From Bacillales bacterium UBA7581 (GTDB lineage Bacteria; Bacillota_I; Bacilli_A; RFN20; CAG-826), in the NCBI GenBank assembly GCA_002477825.1, contig DLKT01000014.1:1825-65824 (forward strand): DNA of 64,000 nt, given 5' to 3'. This document shows positions 1 to 10,864 of this stretch, in pieces. Under the pieces are notes generated by a model. The model did no database searches. It was not told the origin of the DNA and was given only the letters and a program-made list of their open reading frames with translations. The translations under genes were made by a program, and so were the position numbers. Within the stretch, counting starts at the first letter, position 1; each line of letters starts with the position of its first letter.

Positions 1-38
1 CCCGAACCAAGCGCACTACCAAGCTGTGCTATATCCCG
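1..38 (-). tRNA. tRNA-Pro (anticodon CGG), 5' part only; the gene runs off the left window edge
   Basis: Reverse complement of 1-38 reads CGGGATA-TA-GCAC-AGCTTGGTA-GTGC-G-CTTGG-TT-CGG-G. It shows an acceptor arm, U8, A14, D-stem GCAC/GTGC, GG in the D-loop, A21, the start of the anticodon stem, U33, anticodon CGG and G37. It closely resembles bacterial tRNA-Pro 5' halves. Confidence 0.7.
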
Positions 39-64
39 GGAGAAGATAGCTAAAAAGCTATCTA

Positions 65-3000
65 TTAAAATTCAAAGGAAAATAAATCCATTTGATTAGT
101 GTCTTGAAGATCATCTAAAACATGAAGTTCTTCTAAAGCCGCCATATTTTGCGAATTGAGTTTGGTTCTTTCCACCAAATCCTCTTTTGATAAGAATGGA
201 CCATCTTTACGTGCCTCAATAATACTTAAAGCTGCGTTTGCGCCTAATCCGTCAATTGCGCTGAAGGAAGGAATCACCTTTCCTTTTTCTTTATCAACAA
301 CGAAACGTGTCGCTTCTGAGCGATATAAGTCGATATTTTCAAAGCTATATCCTCTTTCATACATCTCTAAAGCAATACATAGCGTCTTTTCTTGTTCTTG
401 CTCTTTTGCCGATAATGCACCAGCGCCGTTAGTATTATATCGTTTTTCTTTGAGTTCTTCAAGTCTACGAATAATAGCTTCTCTTCCCTCTAACATCGGT
501 TTTAAATCATATTGATCACAACGAATGGAGAAGAAACAAGCGTAGTACGCTAACGGTTGATAAACTTTAAACCAAGCAATACGTACCGCCATCATAACAT
601 ATGCAGTAGCGTGTGCTTTTGGGAATAAGTATTGAATTTTATTACAAGAATCAATATACCATTGTGGTACGTTATTCTTCTTCATAATTTCTTCGTATTC
701 TGGTTTTACTTTTTTACCTTTACGAACGTCTTCCATGATTTTAAAGGCAGTAGAAGGTTCTACGCCCATTTTAGAAAGACCAATCATAATATCGTCACGG
801 CAACCAATAACTTCCGATAATGTACAAGTTCCGCTAGTCACTAAATCCTGTGCATTTCCGTTCCACACGTTCGTACCATGAGATAAACCAGAAATAATTA
901 ATAAATCAGCAAAGGTTTTAGGACGGGTTTCTTTTAACATACCACGGACGAAGTTGGTGCCGAATTCTGGTAAACCCAAAGCCCCGGTTTCTTCTTTTAA
1001 ATAGTTAGAAGAACGATGTAAAGCTTTATCGGATGAGAACAAAGAAAGAACTTGTTTATCGCCCATAGGAATGGTCGTAGGATCAATACCTGTAATATCT
1101 TCTAACATCTTCATTGCGGTTGGATCAACGTGACCTAATAAGTCAAGTTTTAATACGTTATCGTGAATCGCATGGAAGTCGAAGTGAGTGGTTTTCCAGT
1201 TTGCGTCTTTTTTATCGGCTGGATATTGAATCGGTGTAAAGTCATAGACCGAGTAATCACGCGGAATAACAACGATACCGCCAGGGTGTTGGCCGGTGGT
1301 TCGTTTTACATCTTGGCAACCTACCGCAATACGGGCGATTTCCGCTCGTGAAATGGTATCTGGATTTTTACCAATTCTTTCAAAATAGCCACGGACATAA
1401 CCAAAAGCAGTCTTTTCAGCAACGGTTTCAATCGTGCCTGCTTTAAATACGTTATCTTTTCCTAATAATTCTTTGGTCATTTCATGGGCTTTCGCTTGAT
1501 AATCACCTGAGAAGTTTAAGTCAATATCAGGTACTTTATCCGCGTTGAAGCCTAAGAAGGTTGCGAAAGGAATATCTTGTCCATCATGAATCATAGGTGT
1601 TCCACAATGTGGACAATTCTTTTCTTCTAAGTCAAAGCCGGAATGTATTTCCGGACGATTCGTAACAAATTCGCTATATTTGCAGTGTGGGCAACGATAG
1701 TGTGGTGGCAGTGGATTCACTTCTGTAATGGACGCCATCGTCGCAACAAAAGAAGAACCAACCGAACCTCTAGATCCAACTAAGAAGCCATCTTCATTTG
1801 CGCGTTTAATTAACTTATGCGCAATATAATAAATAACGGAATAATTGTGTTTAATAATACCGGTTAACTCTTTATCTAGACGTTCTGCAACTAAATCAGG
1901 TAATTTCCCTTCATAACCATACCAGGCATAGCATTTATCATAACAAAGTTTTTGTAATTCTTCCGCACAGTTTTCAATTTTAGGTGCATACAAATCTGAT
2001 TTAATAGGGAACAATTGTTCAATTTGGTCATTTACCCAATGCGTATTGGTAATGACATATTCTTTGGCCTTTTCTTCACCAAAAATGGGAATAAAGGCAT
2101 CTAACATTTCTCTCGTCGTTCTAAAATGTTGATCCGGATTCGGATACATCGGTTGTGATTCTCTTCTAAATGGGTTTAAAGGATGGCGGACGCCTTGAAT
2201 TCCTTTGGCCATAATATAGACATCACGATAGATCTTATCTTCTGGGTTTAAGTAGTGAGCGTCACCAGTAGCTACTACTCTTTTTCCCATCTTTTCGGCA
2301 GCAGAAGCGATATCTTTTACAAACTGTGTTAATTTTTCTTTCGATTCAATTTGACCGTCATAAAGTAAGAAAGAATAGTTTTCTAAAGGTTGTAATTCAA
2401 TATAATCATAGAATTTCACTTTTTCTTCTAGTACTTCTTTTGATCTTGTCATGGCCGTATCAAAAACTTCACCATTAAAACAAGCTGAGCCAATAATAAA
2501 GTTTTCTCTATATTTTTCAATTTGACTACGAGGAATCTTTGGTAAATCGGCGATATATTCAATGTTGGATAAAGACACTAATAAGAATAAATCTTTTAAA
2601 CCTTGTGGGTTTTTAGGATAAACAACGACATGTTTCGGTCTTAAATGCTTCAATAATTCAACACTGGCTTCTAAGTCATTGAGTTCACAATGTTTCATAT
2701 TGAAATTGTTTTTGGTTAAAATCGCTAGCATCGCTAACCAAACGTCTAATAATACTTCCGCGTCATAATCAGCACGGTGAGCTTTACCTTCTTCATAGGT
2801 TACTTCTAAGTTTCTTGATAAAGCACCTAAGTTATGTTGACGTGCTTCTGGAAACATATAACGCGATAAGGATAAAGTATCAATCACTGGGTTAGATACC
2901 GATGGATATCCCATTTGATGGAAAGCTTCATTCATAAAGCCAATATCGAAGTCAGCGTTATGAGAAACTAAAATAGAGTCTTTAATAAAGCTACGAATAA

Positions 3001-4390
3001 TTTCCACTGCTTCTTTAATATAAGGTTTTCCCTTTAACATTTGGGGAGTAATATTTGTTAAGTTTTGAATCTTTTTCGATAAAACAAAATCATCGCCTGG
3101 GTTCACTAATAAATCAAGACGATCGACGATGACGCCACCTTCTAAACGCACCGCGCCAAATTCAATAATGCGATCATATCGAGCGGATAAACCTGTAGTT
3201 TCAAAGTCGAATACGACGTAACTTGCTTTATTTAAAATGACGTCTGATGGATTTTGAATATAAGATAATTTTTCATCCACCATATACATTTCGCAGCCAT
3301 ATAAAACTTTAATATTAAATTCTTTCGCGGCTTTTTGCGCTTCTGGAAAAGCCTGGACATTTCCGTGATCGGTTAATCCAATTGCAGGATGACCAAAATG
3401 CGACGCTAATTTACAATAATCGGTAATGGTTGCGACGGCATCCATCGCGGACATTTTCGTATGAAGATGAAGTTCAATTCTTTTTTCTTCTTCATCATCT
3501 TCTCGTAAAGGATCTGGTTCTAAGAAATCAATAAAATGGGCTAAAATTACGATTTGTTGGGTGAATTTATCGATTTGCACCGAACCACGAATACGTACCT
3601 TTTTGCCTTTTTTTATTTCTAATATTTTTTCTTCATTTATAATTTTATTTTCAAAAACACGAACCGCAACGGAATAGGTTAAATCGGTAATATCAAAAGT
3701 TAATATCTTTTTTCCTTCGCGAGAGGTTTTCATTTCATCAACAAAGAAAATATTACCTTGAACACTGACATTCCCCGAATTCGTATCAATATCAATAATT
3801 TTCATTTCGGTATAATCACCGCGTTTAAAAGCGGCTTTTTGTCGACGCGCTTCTTCTTCTCTCTTTTTTAATTCAGGAACCACTTGATCAATATAAGCCA
3901 AATGCTCATCTTCTAGTGTTTCTTCTTGTTGTTCAGGTTCTTCAATCACTTCTTTTAAAGTAAAAGGATAACCTAAATAAGTTAAAAAGTCTTGGAATTC
4001 TTGAATCGTTCCATGCATTTTATCTCTTTCTAATGCACTTTGAAAAATACAATTGATTTCTCTATCGCGAAATGTAACGTTTAAAGGATTCAAAGCGATA
4101 TGATAAAAAGATTTATACCATGTATAAAGTAAATCTAATACTTCATTACAAGTCGGTAGTTGAGTGTAGGAGAAATGAAGAGCATACGAATAATCAATGA
4201 ATTCTAAATGATGACGAAATTCGTATAATAAATCAAAATCCCAAGGGGTTTCTTTTTTGATTCTATAATGCCAAATGCCATTTTCTTTATAGAATGCATT
4301 TTCTTTTTCAAAAGACAAATCAAAGCGATCAATGTCTTCTAATTGTATGGATTCTAAAAATCGTTTCATTGTCTCGTCCATGTTGCTCAC
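65..4390 (-). CDS. polC: DNA polymerase III alpha subunit, Gram-positive PolC type
   Basis: 1441-aa ORF. It has a PHP region, an internal DnaQ-like exonuclease (VVFDFETTGL, SHNADFD, HRADYDA), a zinc-finger CPHC..CPHC and a Pol III alpha core. Position after rseP matches the Bacillus order. Confidence 0.97.
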   Translation of the reverse strand: MSNMDETMKRFLESIQLEDIDRFDLSFEKENAFYKENGIWHYRIKKETPWDFDLLYEFRHHLEFIDYSYALHFSYTQLPTCNEVLDLLYTWYKSFYHIALNPLNVTFRDREINCIFQSALERDKMHGTIQEFQDFLTYLGYPFTLKEVIEEPEQQEETLEDEHLAYIDQVVPELKKREEEARRQKAAFKRGDYTEMKIIDIDTNSGNVSVQGNIFFVDEMKTSREGKKILTFDITDLTYSVAVRVFENKIINEEKILEIKKGKKVRIRGSVQIDKFTQQIVILAHFIDFLEPDPLREDDEEEKRIELHLHTKMSAMDAVATITDYCKLASHFGHPAIGLTDHGNVQAFPEAQKAAKEFNIKVLYGCEMYMVDEKLSYIQNPSDVILNKASYVVFDFETTGLSARYDRIIEFGAVRLEGGVIVDRLDLLVNPGDDFVLSKKIQNLTNITPQMLKGKPYIKEAVEIIRSFIKDSILVSHNADFDIGFMNEAFHQMGYPSVSNPVIDTLSLSRYMFPEARQHNLGALSRNLEVTYEEGKAHRADYDAEVLLDVWLAMLAILTKNNFNMKHCELNDLEASVELLKHLRPKHVVVYPKNPQGLKDLFLLVSLSNIEYIADLPKIPRSQIEKYRENFIIGSACFNGEVFDTAMTRSKEVLEEKVKFYDYIELQPLENYSFLLYDGQIESKEKLTQFVKDIASAAEKMGKRVVATGDAHYLNPEDKIYRDVYIMAKGIQGVRHPLNPFRRESQPMYPNPDQHFRTTREMLDAFIPIFGEEKAKEYVITNTHWVNDQIEQLFPIKSDLYAPKIENCAEELQKLCYDKCYAWYGYEGKLPDLVAERLDKELTGIIKHNYSVIYYIAHKLIKRANEDGFLVGSRGSVGSSFVATMASITEVNPLPPHYRCPHCKYSEFVTNRPEIHSGFDLEEKNCPHCGTPMIHDGQDIPFATFLGFNADKVPDIDLNFSGDYQAKAHEMTKELLGKDNVFKAGTIETVAEKTAFGYVRGYFERIGKNPDTISRAEIARIAVGCQDVKRTTGQHPGGIVVIPRDYSVYDFTPIQYPADKKDANWKTTHFDFHAIHDNVLKLDLLGHVDPTAMKMLEDITGIDPTTIPMGDKQVLSLFSSDKALHRSSNYLKEETGALGLPEFGTNFVRGMLKETRPKTFADLLIISGLSHGTNVWNGNAQDLVTSGTCTLSEVIGCRDDIMIGLSKMGVEPSTAFKIMEDVRKGKKVKPEYEEIMKKNNVPQWYIDSCNKIQYLFPKAHATAYVMMAVRIAWFKVYQPLAYYACFFSIRCDQYDLKPMLEGREAIIRRLEELKEKRYNTNGAGALSAKEQEQEKTLCIALEMYERGYSFENIDLYRSEATRFVVDKEKGKVIPSFSAIDGLGANAALSIIEARKDGPFLSKEDLVERTKLNSQNMAALEELHVLDDLQDTNQMDLFSFEF

Positions 4391-4420
4391 CTACTTCTTT
4401 AAAACTATGAATCATAGCGA

Positions 4421-5620
4421 CTAGAATAATCCGATAATATCTTTGATAAACACTACTGCCATTAAAGCAAAGAGTAAGATCATTCCTACCGCAGAAACAA
4501 TATTTTTTACTTTGGAAGGTATTTCCTTTTTAGTAATACCTTCAACAATAATCACTAATAAATGCCAACCATCTAAACCAGGGAATGGTAATAAATTAAA
4601 GATGGCTAAGTTTACAGAAATCATGCCCCAAAGCATTAAATAGGAACCAAACCCATAATTTAAGATTTCTGAAGAAACTTGAAGAATGGCGACAGGTCCA
4701 CCAATTTGGTCATAGCCTTTACCGACAAAAAGGCCTGCTAAAGTTTTCGCGATTAAAGAAGTGGATTCCCACCAATCTTCACCTGCCACTTTTAAAGCTG
4801 TACCGAATTTATAACGGAATGTTCTTACAAAACTAATACCCATCGTTTCCCAACCATAGAAAACTTCGGTTTTGCTTTCACTAGCAATAACTGCAGATAA
4901 AGTCATCGTATGGGGGTTTCCTATAAATTCAGGATTTTCTTTAAACTCTTCATATGTACAAGTATAAAGCGTAATATTAAGTTTATCCTTCGCGTTCGTT
5001 GGCGTTGGAATTTTGTTATTAAAAGCGTCTGTTAAATCGGTATAGCTTTTAATTTCAACTGATTGCAATTCTTCCGCATCTTTTTCAAAAGGCATGTATT
5101 GCCAAGTGATTTTACGAACAAATTCATCCGTGGTTAAACCAGCCGCATGTGCTGGACTTTCTTTATCTTCTAACTTTTCCACTACAGTAATTTGATTCGT
5201 ACCATATCTTTGGGGGAAGAAAACCGTATTTGCAGCAAATAAAACATAACCTAAAACAAAGTTTAAAATAATACCCGCCGAAACGATAATCGCACGTTTC
5301 CACTTTTTCACCGCTAATAAACTGCGTTCAGGTGGTACTTCTACGCCTTCCGGTATCGTTTCACTTTCACCATACATTGCCACATAACCACCTAAAGGAA
5401 TGGCCCTTAAAGAAATGGTGGTTTCTTGACCTTTTTCTTTTTTTGGCTTTTTTTGCCAAATGGCGGGTCCAAAACCAACGGAAAATTCAAAGCAATAAAC
5501 TTTAAATAATTTCGCCATGGATAAGTGTCCTAATTCATGAATAATGACGAGTAAACCTATAGAAATAATAAACAAAATCACACTGAGAAAACTAATTGAT
5601 GTTGATGCTAAAATCATCAT
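4421..5620 (-). CDS. rseP: RIP site-2 zinc metalloprotease RseP/YluC
   Basis: HELGH motif in the first TM helix, a central PDZ-like region, and C-terminal NLLPFPGLDG. Confidence 0.9.
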   Translation of the reverse strand: MMILASTSISFLSVILFIISIGLLVIIHELGHLSMAKLFKVYCFEFSVGFGPAIWQKKPKKEKGQETTISLRAIPLGGYVAMYGESETIPEGVEVPPERSLLAVKKWKRAIIVSAGIILNFVLGYVLFAANTVFFPQRYGTNQITVVEKLEDKESPAHAAGLTTDEFVRKITWQYMPFEKDAEELQSVEIKSYTDLTDAFNNKIPTPTNAKDKLNITLYTCTYEEFKENPEFIGNPHTMTLSAVIASESKTEVFYGWETMGISFVRTFRYKFGTALKVAGEDWWESTSLIAKTLAGLFVGKGYDQIGGPVAILQVSSEILNYGFGSYLMLWGMISVNLAIFNLLPFPGLDGWHLLVIIVEGITKKEIPSKVKNIVSAVGMILLFALMAVVFIKDIIGLF

Positions 5621-6798
5621 TTTACATTCATCTCCTTTACGAGTAAACTTGCTTCTTCTCTTGTTATTTTATCCACATATAGAACATCATCTATCGTAGG
5701 ATTTTCAATAACACGATGCCGTTTCATACAAGTTTCAATAATTTTTTCAATTCCTAAGAAAGGAATTTGATGAGCTAGAAAGGCATAAACAGCAACTTCG
5801 TTAGCAGCGTTTAAACACGCTAACATCGTGCCGCCTTGTTCCATGGCTTTTCTAGCAAACTCCACACAAGGATAACGATCTTTATCGAATGCATGGAAAT
5901 GTAAAGTGCCAAATTCTTCTAATGGTAACTTAGAACATTGCACTTCTTTTCTCTTTAAATGATATAAGGCATAGGAGATGGGAATTCTCATATCGCTTGG
6001 ACCTATATCGCATAAATAACTACCATCTTGGCATTCAATTAAGGAATGAACCTTCGATTCATCGTGTAATAAAACATCAATTTTTTCCATCGGCATATGG
6101 AATAAATAATGCGCTTCAATGATTTCAAATCCCTTGTTCATCATGGTAGCACAATCGATGGTAATTTTTTGTCCCATCGACCAAGAAGGATGCTTTAAAG
6201 CTTGTTCTACGGTTACACTTTCTAACTCTTCTCTTTTTAAGTTTCTAAAAGCGCCACCTGAAGCCGTTAAAATTAAACGTCGTACTTCTTTTTTATTTCC
6301 TTTTAAACATTTAGCTAAAGCGACATGCTCAGAATCAATCGGATAGATTTTTGCTCCGGTTTCTTTTTGCGCTTTTTCTAAAAGTTCTCCACCAACCACT
6401 AAAGATTCTTTGTTTGCTAAAGCCACAGAAATCTTTGCTTTTAAAGCATGATAGGTAGGAACAAAGCCACAAAAACCGACTAAAGCATTCACCACTAAAG
6501 TTGGTTTAGAAGCATCAATAATATCCAATAAGCCTTGGTCTCCATAAAAGAAATGAATAGAGGAATATTGTTTTTTAAGTACTTCATAGTCTTCTTTTTC
6601 TTGTACACAAATGTACTTTACTTCTTTAAAAGAAGACAAAATCGTAGGAATTTGTTCAATACGATGACCTAAAGAAAAACCTACTAAATGAAAACGTTTG
6701 TCGTTTTTCATTACATCTAAAGTTTGATTCCCAATGGAGCCACTGGCCCCTAATAATAAGATATTCTCTTTCATCATTTTTAAATCAAGAAATTCCAC
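5617..6798 (-). CDS. dxr: 1-deoxy-D-xylulose-5-phosphate reductoisomerase
   Basis: LLGASGSIG NADPH-binding motif, DSEH, and the conserved Dxr core. The true start may be the ATG at 6777 rather than the GTG at 6798. Confidence 0.9.
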   Translation of the reverse strand: MEFLDLKMMKENILLLGASGSIGNQTLDVMKNDKRFHLVGFSLGHRIEQIPTILSSFKEVKYICVQEKEDYEVLKKQYSSIHFFYGDQGLLDIIDASKPTLVVNALVGFCGFVPTYHALKAKISVALANKESLVVGGELLEKAQKETGAKIYPIDSEHVALAKCLKGNKKEVRRLILTASGGAFRNLKREELESVTVEQALKHPSWSMGQKITIDCATMMNKGFEIIEAHYLFHMPMEKIDVLLHDESKVHSLIECQDGSYLCDIGPSDMRIPISYALYHLKRKEVQCSKLPLEEFGTLHFHAFDKDRYPCVEFARKAMEQGGTMLACLNAANEVAVYAFLAHQIPFLGIEKIIETCMKRHRVIENPTIDDVLYVDKITREEASLLVKEMNVK

Positions 6799-7862
6799 TT
6801 ATTATTTAAGAAAATCACGAAGATAGCGACAAAAAGCGCTACACAAAGAAGGGAATCAACACGATCTAATACACCACCATGGCCTCTTAATAAAGAACCA
6901 TAGTCTTTAATTTCAAAATGTCTTTTTAAAGCGGAGAAAATGAAATCGCCTAAATTAGCAATAAATGGCATTAGGAAAGATAAAATCAAAATCCAATACC
7001 AATGTTTGTGATCTAAAATTGGAAGTAAAGGATGTCCCACTTTACAACAGACAAAGGCAAATCCTGCACTCGCAACAAAAGATAGAATGACACCACCAAA
7101 GAAGCCTTCCCAAGTTTTCTTAGGAGAAATTCTTTCATTCATTTTATTTCTTCCAAATAAAACCCCTGTAAAATAAGCTCCTATATCGGTAGTAAATGTT
7201 CCAATAATTACATAAAATAGCAACAAAGAAGTTTGAAATGTATTCGGCATAATTAAATTGGTTTGTGCTTCATCCCATCCTCTTCCAACAGAAGCATCTA
7301 CAAATGCTTGCTTTGGAAAATAGCGTAGGAATAATATCGCTTGCATTGCGATACCAATAAAGACGGACATGGTAAATAGATAAGTTACATCATTAATTCC
7401 AAAGTTTTTATCTAATATGGATAAGAAAAATAAAACAAATATTGTTGTAGCTACTCCAATAGTAGAAACCGAAATACTTGCCGATGTAGCGTCTTTTCCA
7501 TCTCGGTTAATAATGGTAAAAAAGCCACTTTCAAACGACCATGATTCTACCCAGTTATCCGCAGCAACATTTTCCATATTGTTTTTGGCCATAATCCAAA
7601 ATACAAATGAAAACGTCATAACATAAATAAACCCATGAACAAAGGTAGAATATCTTTTATGTATTGGTGCGTTAATAAATTCGTGAATAATGATTAATAA
7701 CGCGACGGAAATAAAAATTAAAAACCACCATCCGCCGATTAAAATCGTTGGAATACCAATTAAAGCTAAAATAGCCGCGGTAATCGTTCTCGTCCACATG
7801 GACTTTTTAGTATCTTCTGAAATTTTATTTACTTGCATCTTTTCCATTACTAAGCCCTCCAT
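6780..7862 (-). CDS. cdsA: Phosphatidate cytidylyltransferase (CDP-diglyceride synthase) with an extended N-terminal/loop region
   Basis: Polytopic membrane ORF with the C-terminal CdsA signature SALKRHFEIKDYGSLLRGHGGVLDRVDS. Lies between uppS and dxr. The start is probably an internal ATG (7847 or 7838). Confidence 0.88.
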   Translation of the reverse strand: MEGLVMEKMQVNKISEDTKKSMWTRTITAAILALIGIPTILIGGWWFLIFISVALLIIIHEFINAPIHKRYSTFVHGFIYVMTFSFVFWIMAKNNMENVAADNWVESWSFESGFFTIINRDGKDATSASISVSTIGVATTIFVLFFLSILDKNFGINDVTYLFTMSVFIGIAMQAILFLRYFPKQAFVDASVGRGWDEAQTNLIMPNTFQTSLLLFYVIIGTFTTDIGAYFTGVLFGRNKMNERISPKKTWEGFFGGVILSFVASAGFAFVCCKVGHPLLPILDHKHWYWILILSFLMPFIANLGDFIFSALKRHFEIKDYGSLLRGHGGVLDRVDSLLCVALFVAIFVIFLNNKWNFLI

Positions 7863-8565
7863 AGCGACGATTACGTGATTGATATTCTTCTAAACAAGCG
7901 ATAAATTGTTTTCTTTTAAAATCAGGCCAACAAGTCTTGGTAAAGACCATTTCTGCATAAGCGAGTTCCCAAAGCATAAAATTGGAAATTCTTTGTTCTC
8001 CTGAAGTACGAATTAATAAGTCTACATCGGGTAAACCTGCAGAATCTAAATAATGAGAAAAAGTTTCTTCGGTCAATTCTTCTTTATTTTCATCTGCATT
8101 ATATTTTCTAATGGCGCGAATAATTTCATCTCTGCCACCATAATTTAAGCAAATATTAAAAACATAGTTTTGATTATTTTTCGTTTTTTCTTTTGCTTCT
8201 TGAATGACGTCTTGCGTTCTTTTAGGAAGGCGAGATAAATCTCCCATTGTTCTAACTTTAACACCATCTCTCATTAAATGATTGATTTCACGATGGAAAA
8301 ATTCTTCTAAATATTCAAAAAGATGTTGAATTTCATCTTGTGGTCTTTTCCAGTTTTCCGTAGAAAAGGCATATAAAGACATGACTTGAATATGAAATTC
8401 TTTACAAACATCAAAAATTTCTATAATACGTTTGCAGCCTTCTTTATGACCTAAATGACGAGGTAATAATCTTTTTTTCGCCCAACGTCCATTTCCATCC
8501 ATAATGAAAGCCACATGCGTTAATGGTTTTGTTAATTGAAAAGTAGTTTCTTCTTTCTTTTTCAA
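7825..8565 (-). CDS. uppS: Undecaprenyl (isoprenyl) diphosphate synthase
   Basis: HVAFIMDGNGRWA, YAFSTENWKRP, RTSGEQRISNFMLWE. Confidence 0.95.
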   Translation of the reverse strand: MKKKEETTFQLTKPLTHVAFIMDGNGRWAKKRLLPRHLGHKEGCKRIIEIFDVCKEFHIQVMSLYAFSTENWKRPQDEIQHLFEYLEEFFHREINHLMRDGVKVRTMGDLSRLPKRTQDVIQEAKEKTKNNQNYVFNICLNYGGRDEIIRAIRKYNADENKEELTEETFSHYLDSAGLPDVDLLIRTSGEQRISNFMLWELAYAEMVFTKTCWPDFKRKQFIACLEEYQSRNRRYGGLSNGKDASK

Positions 8566-8628
8566 AATGGAATCCTCCTTTTTTATAATGTATTTACATT
8601 ATACATTATAAGAGGCCATTAATGATAC

Positions 8629-8662
8629 AAAAAAAAGAAAAAGGATGAGAAATTTCTCACCC
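8629..8662 (-). terminator. Rho-independent terminator after frr
   Basis: Minus strand directly after the frr stop reads GGGTGAG-AAATTT-CTCATCC followed by TTTTTCTTTTTTTT. Confidence 0.75.
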
Positions 8663-9208
8663 TTAAATCGACATGATTTCTTTTTCTTTTTCGCTAACGA
8701 TTTCGTCCACCATTTTAATCGCGGCATCGGTCTCTTTTTGAAGGTCTTCTTCTAAGCGACGGCGCATGTCTTCTGGTGTATCTTTGTCCGCTTTTACGAA
8801 ATCCATATATTCACGACGGACATTACGAATAGCGACTTTGGTATCTTCACCATATTTTTTGGCGTTTTTCGATAAATCTCTTCTTCTATCTTCAGTTAAA
8901 GCGGGGAAGATTAAGCGAATGGAGGTTCCATCGTTAATTGGATTAATACCTAAATCTGAACCATTTAATGCGGTTAAGATGGCTTTAATATCACCTTTAT
9001 CATAAGGCTTAATTAATAATTGACGTGGTTCTGGTGAAGAGATGGAAGCGATTTGATTGATTGGCATGGGTGAACCATAATAATCAATTTCAATATTGTT
9101 TAAAATCGCCGGGCTTGCTCTTCCCGTACGAAGGGTCACTAATTGGGCGCGTAAAGCTTCAATTGATTTTCCCATTTTGGTTTTACATTCTAATACTAAT
9201 TCATCCAT
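8663..9208 (-). CDS. frr: Ribosome recycling factor
   Basis: 181 aa. Typical RRF sequence (LRTGRASPAIL, IPALTEDRRRDL). Confidence 0.96.
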   Translation of the reverse strand: MDELVLECKTKMGKSIEALRAQLVTLRTGRASPAILNNIEIDYYGSPMPINQIASISSPEPRQLLIKPYDKGDIKAILTALNGSDLGINPINDGTSIRLIFPALTEDRRRDLSKNAKKYGEDTKVAIRNVRREYMDFVKADKDTPEDMRRRLEEDLQKETDAAIKMVDEIVSEKEKEIMSI

Positions 9209-9211
9209 AAT

Positions 9212-9934
9212 TTATTCTCCTTTCAAAATTCTTGTTCCAATGCGTTCTCCTCTAACTACACGTTTGAAGTTTTCGGAATTTTGCATATTGAATACGACAA
9301 TTTCAATACCGCTTTGCATACATAAGCTTACCGCCGTTAAATCCATAACTTTAAGTTCTTTCGCCAACATTTCTTTATAAGTAATTTCAGAAATAAACTC
9401 TGCTTTTGGATCAACATTGGGGTCAGCGGTATAGACACCATCTACTCCATTTTTCGCCATTAAGACGGCTTCTGCACCGATTTCCATTGCACGAAGTGAA
9501 GCAGTTGTGTCTGTGGTAAAGAAGGGATTTCCCGTGCCCCCTGCAAAAATAACCACTCTACCTTTTTCTAAATGGCGAATTGCACGACGACGAATATAAG
9601 GTTCGCAAACCGCTTTGACTTCAATAGAACTTAATACGCGGCATTGCATTCCATCATTTTCTAAAGCAGATTGAAGAGCTAAAGAATTAATAATGGTTCC
9701 TAACATTCCCATATAATCAGCGGTTGTTCTTTCAATGCCAATCATATCGGCAAGTTTACCTCTCCAGATATTACCAGCACCAATAACAATCGATACTTCG
9801 ACGCCTTCTTCTTTCATGCTTTTAATCGCATGTGCAATTTTGCTTAAGGCTTCGGCATCTAATATCATATGATTTTTCTTATCTTGTAATGCTTCTCCAC
9901 TTAGTTTTAATAGTACTCTTTTATAGGGCTTCAT
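9212..9934 (-). CDS. pyrH: UMP kinase
   Basis: YKRVLLKLSGEAL, GGGNIWRG, FAGGTGNPFFTTDTTA. Confidence 0.96.
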   Translation of the reverse strand: MKPYKRVLLKLSGEALQDKKNHMILDAEALSKIAHAIKSMKEEGVEVSIVIGAGNIWRGKLADMIGIERTTADYMGMLGTIINSLALQSALENDGMQCRVLSSIEVKAVCEPYIRRRAIRHLEKGRVVIFAGGTGNPFFTTDTTASLRAMEIGAEAVLMAKNGVDGVYTADPNVDPKAEFISEITYKEMLAKELKVMDLTAVSLCMQSGIEIVVFNMQNSENFKRVVRGERIGTRILKGE

Positions 9935-9976
9935 GGGCTTCCTCCTTTAAAAAAAGAACACTCAAAAGAGTGCCCC

Positions 9977-10858
9977 TTATTTTGCTTGGTTCATGACTTC
10001 TTCAACGAAGTTATCTTGACGTTTTTCAATACCTTCACCAACGCCATAACGAACGAAATGAACGATGTGGAAGTTATGTTGTTTTAAATAATTGCCAACA
10101 GTTAAAGAATCATCCATTAAGTACTCTTGATCAGCAAGAACGGATTCGGAGAAGATTTTATTCACTTTTCCTTCAACAATTTTCTTTAAAGCGGCTTCTG
10201 GTTTACCCGCTAAACGTGGGTCATTTTTGGAGACTTCCATTTGAACTTCCATTTCATGAGCAAGGACGTCAGCAGGAATATCTTCTTTGGTTAAATATAA
10301 TGGCTTGTTGGCTGCGATGTGGATGGATAAATCCTTAGCAACGGCAGCATCATCTTCCGCTAATAAAACGATAGCAGAGACTTTTCCGCCCATGTGGATA
10401 TAGTAACCAAAAGATTGACCTTCGGCTTTGTGTAAAATTTCGAAACGACGTAAGTCGAGTTTTTCACCGATTTTAACGGTAGCGTCTGTGAATAAATCTT
10501 TGACGATTTCTTTAGCGCAGTTAATGCAACCTGGTTCTTCTTTTAAAAGAAGTTCAGCGACATCATTGACTAATTGCTTAAAGGCATCACCTTTAGCAAC
10601 GAAGTCGGTTTCACAGTTAATTTCTAAAATAATGGCTTTATCACCTTCTGGTGTCACTTTTACTACGGTTAATCCTTCAGCAGCAATACGTGTGGCGGAT
10701 TTCTTAGCAGCTTTAGCAATACCTTTTTCTCTTAACCAGTCACAAGCTTTATCTAAGTCCATATTGGATTCTTCTAAAGCTTTTTTGCAGTCCATCATAC
10801 CAGCGCCGGTACGTTCTCTTAAAATTTTAATTGCTTCAATCATTGTAGGTGCAGCCAT
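9977..10858 (-). CDS. tsf: Translation elongation factor Ts
   Basis: N-terminal UBA-like LRERTGAGMMDCKKAL. 293 aa, immediately downstream of rpsB. Confidence 0.96.
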   Translation of the reverse strand: MAAPTMIEAIKILRERTGAGMMDCKKALEESNMDLDKACDWLREKGIAKAAKKSATRIAAEGLTVVKVTPEGDKAIILEINCETDFVAKGDAFKQLVNDVAELLLKEEPGCINCAKEIVKDLFTDATVKIGEKLDLRRFEILHKAEGQSFGYYIHMGGKVSAIVLLAEDDAAVAKDLSIHIAANKPLYLTKEDIPADVLAHEMEVQMEVSKNDPRLAGKPEAALKKIVEGKVNKIFSESVLADQEYLMDDSLTVGNYLKQHNFHIVHFVRYGVGEGIEKRQDNFVEEVMNQAK

Positions 10859-10864
10859 GGTTCA

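Noticed and set aside
156-515. A plus-strand 119-aa ORF, together with many similar 60-175-aa ORFs lying antisense to or out of frame with large genes. Examples: 632-820, 1163-1351, 4443-4643, 6119-6346, 7417-7626, 8766-9005, 9096-9380, 10428-10955, 11769-12101, 21325-21648, 23349-23630, 24174-24410, 25374-25631, 31431-31787, 34626-34815, 37128-37511, 39515-39742, 49476-49778, 55875-56153, 57050-57352, 62580-62765.
   Set aside because: All are fully embedded opposite or within well-supported conserved CDSs. Their translations are low-complexity and lack RBS support. Such ORFs are typical shadows in AT-rich DNA.
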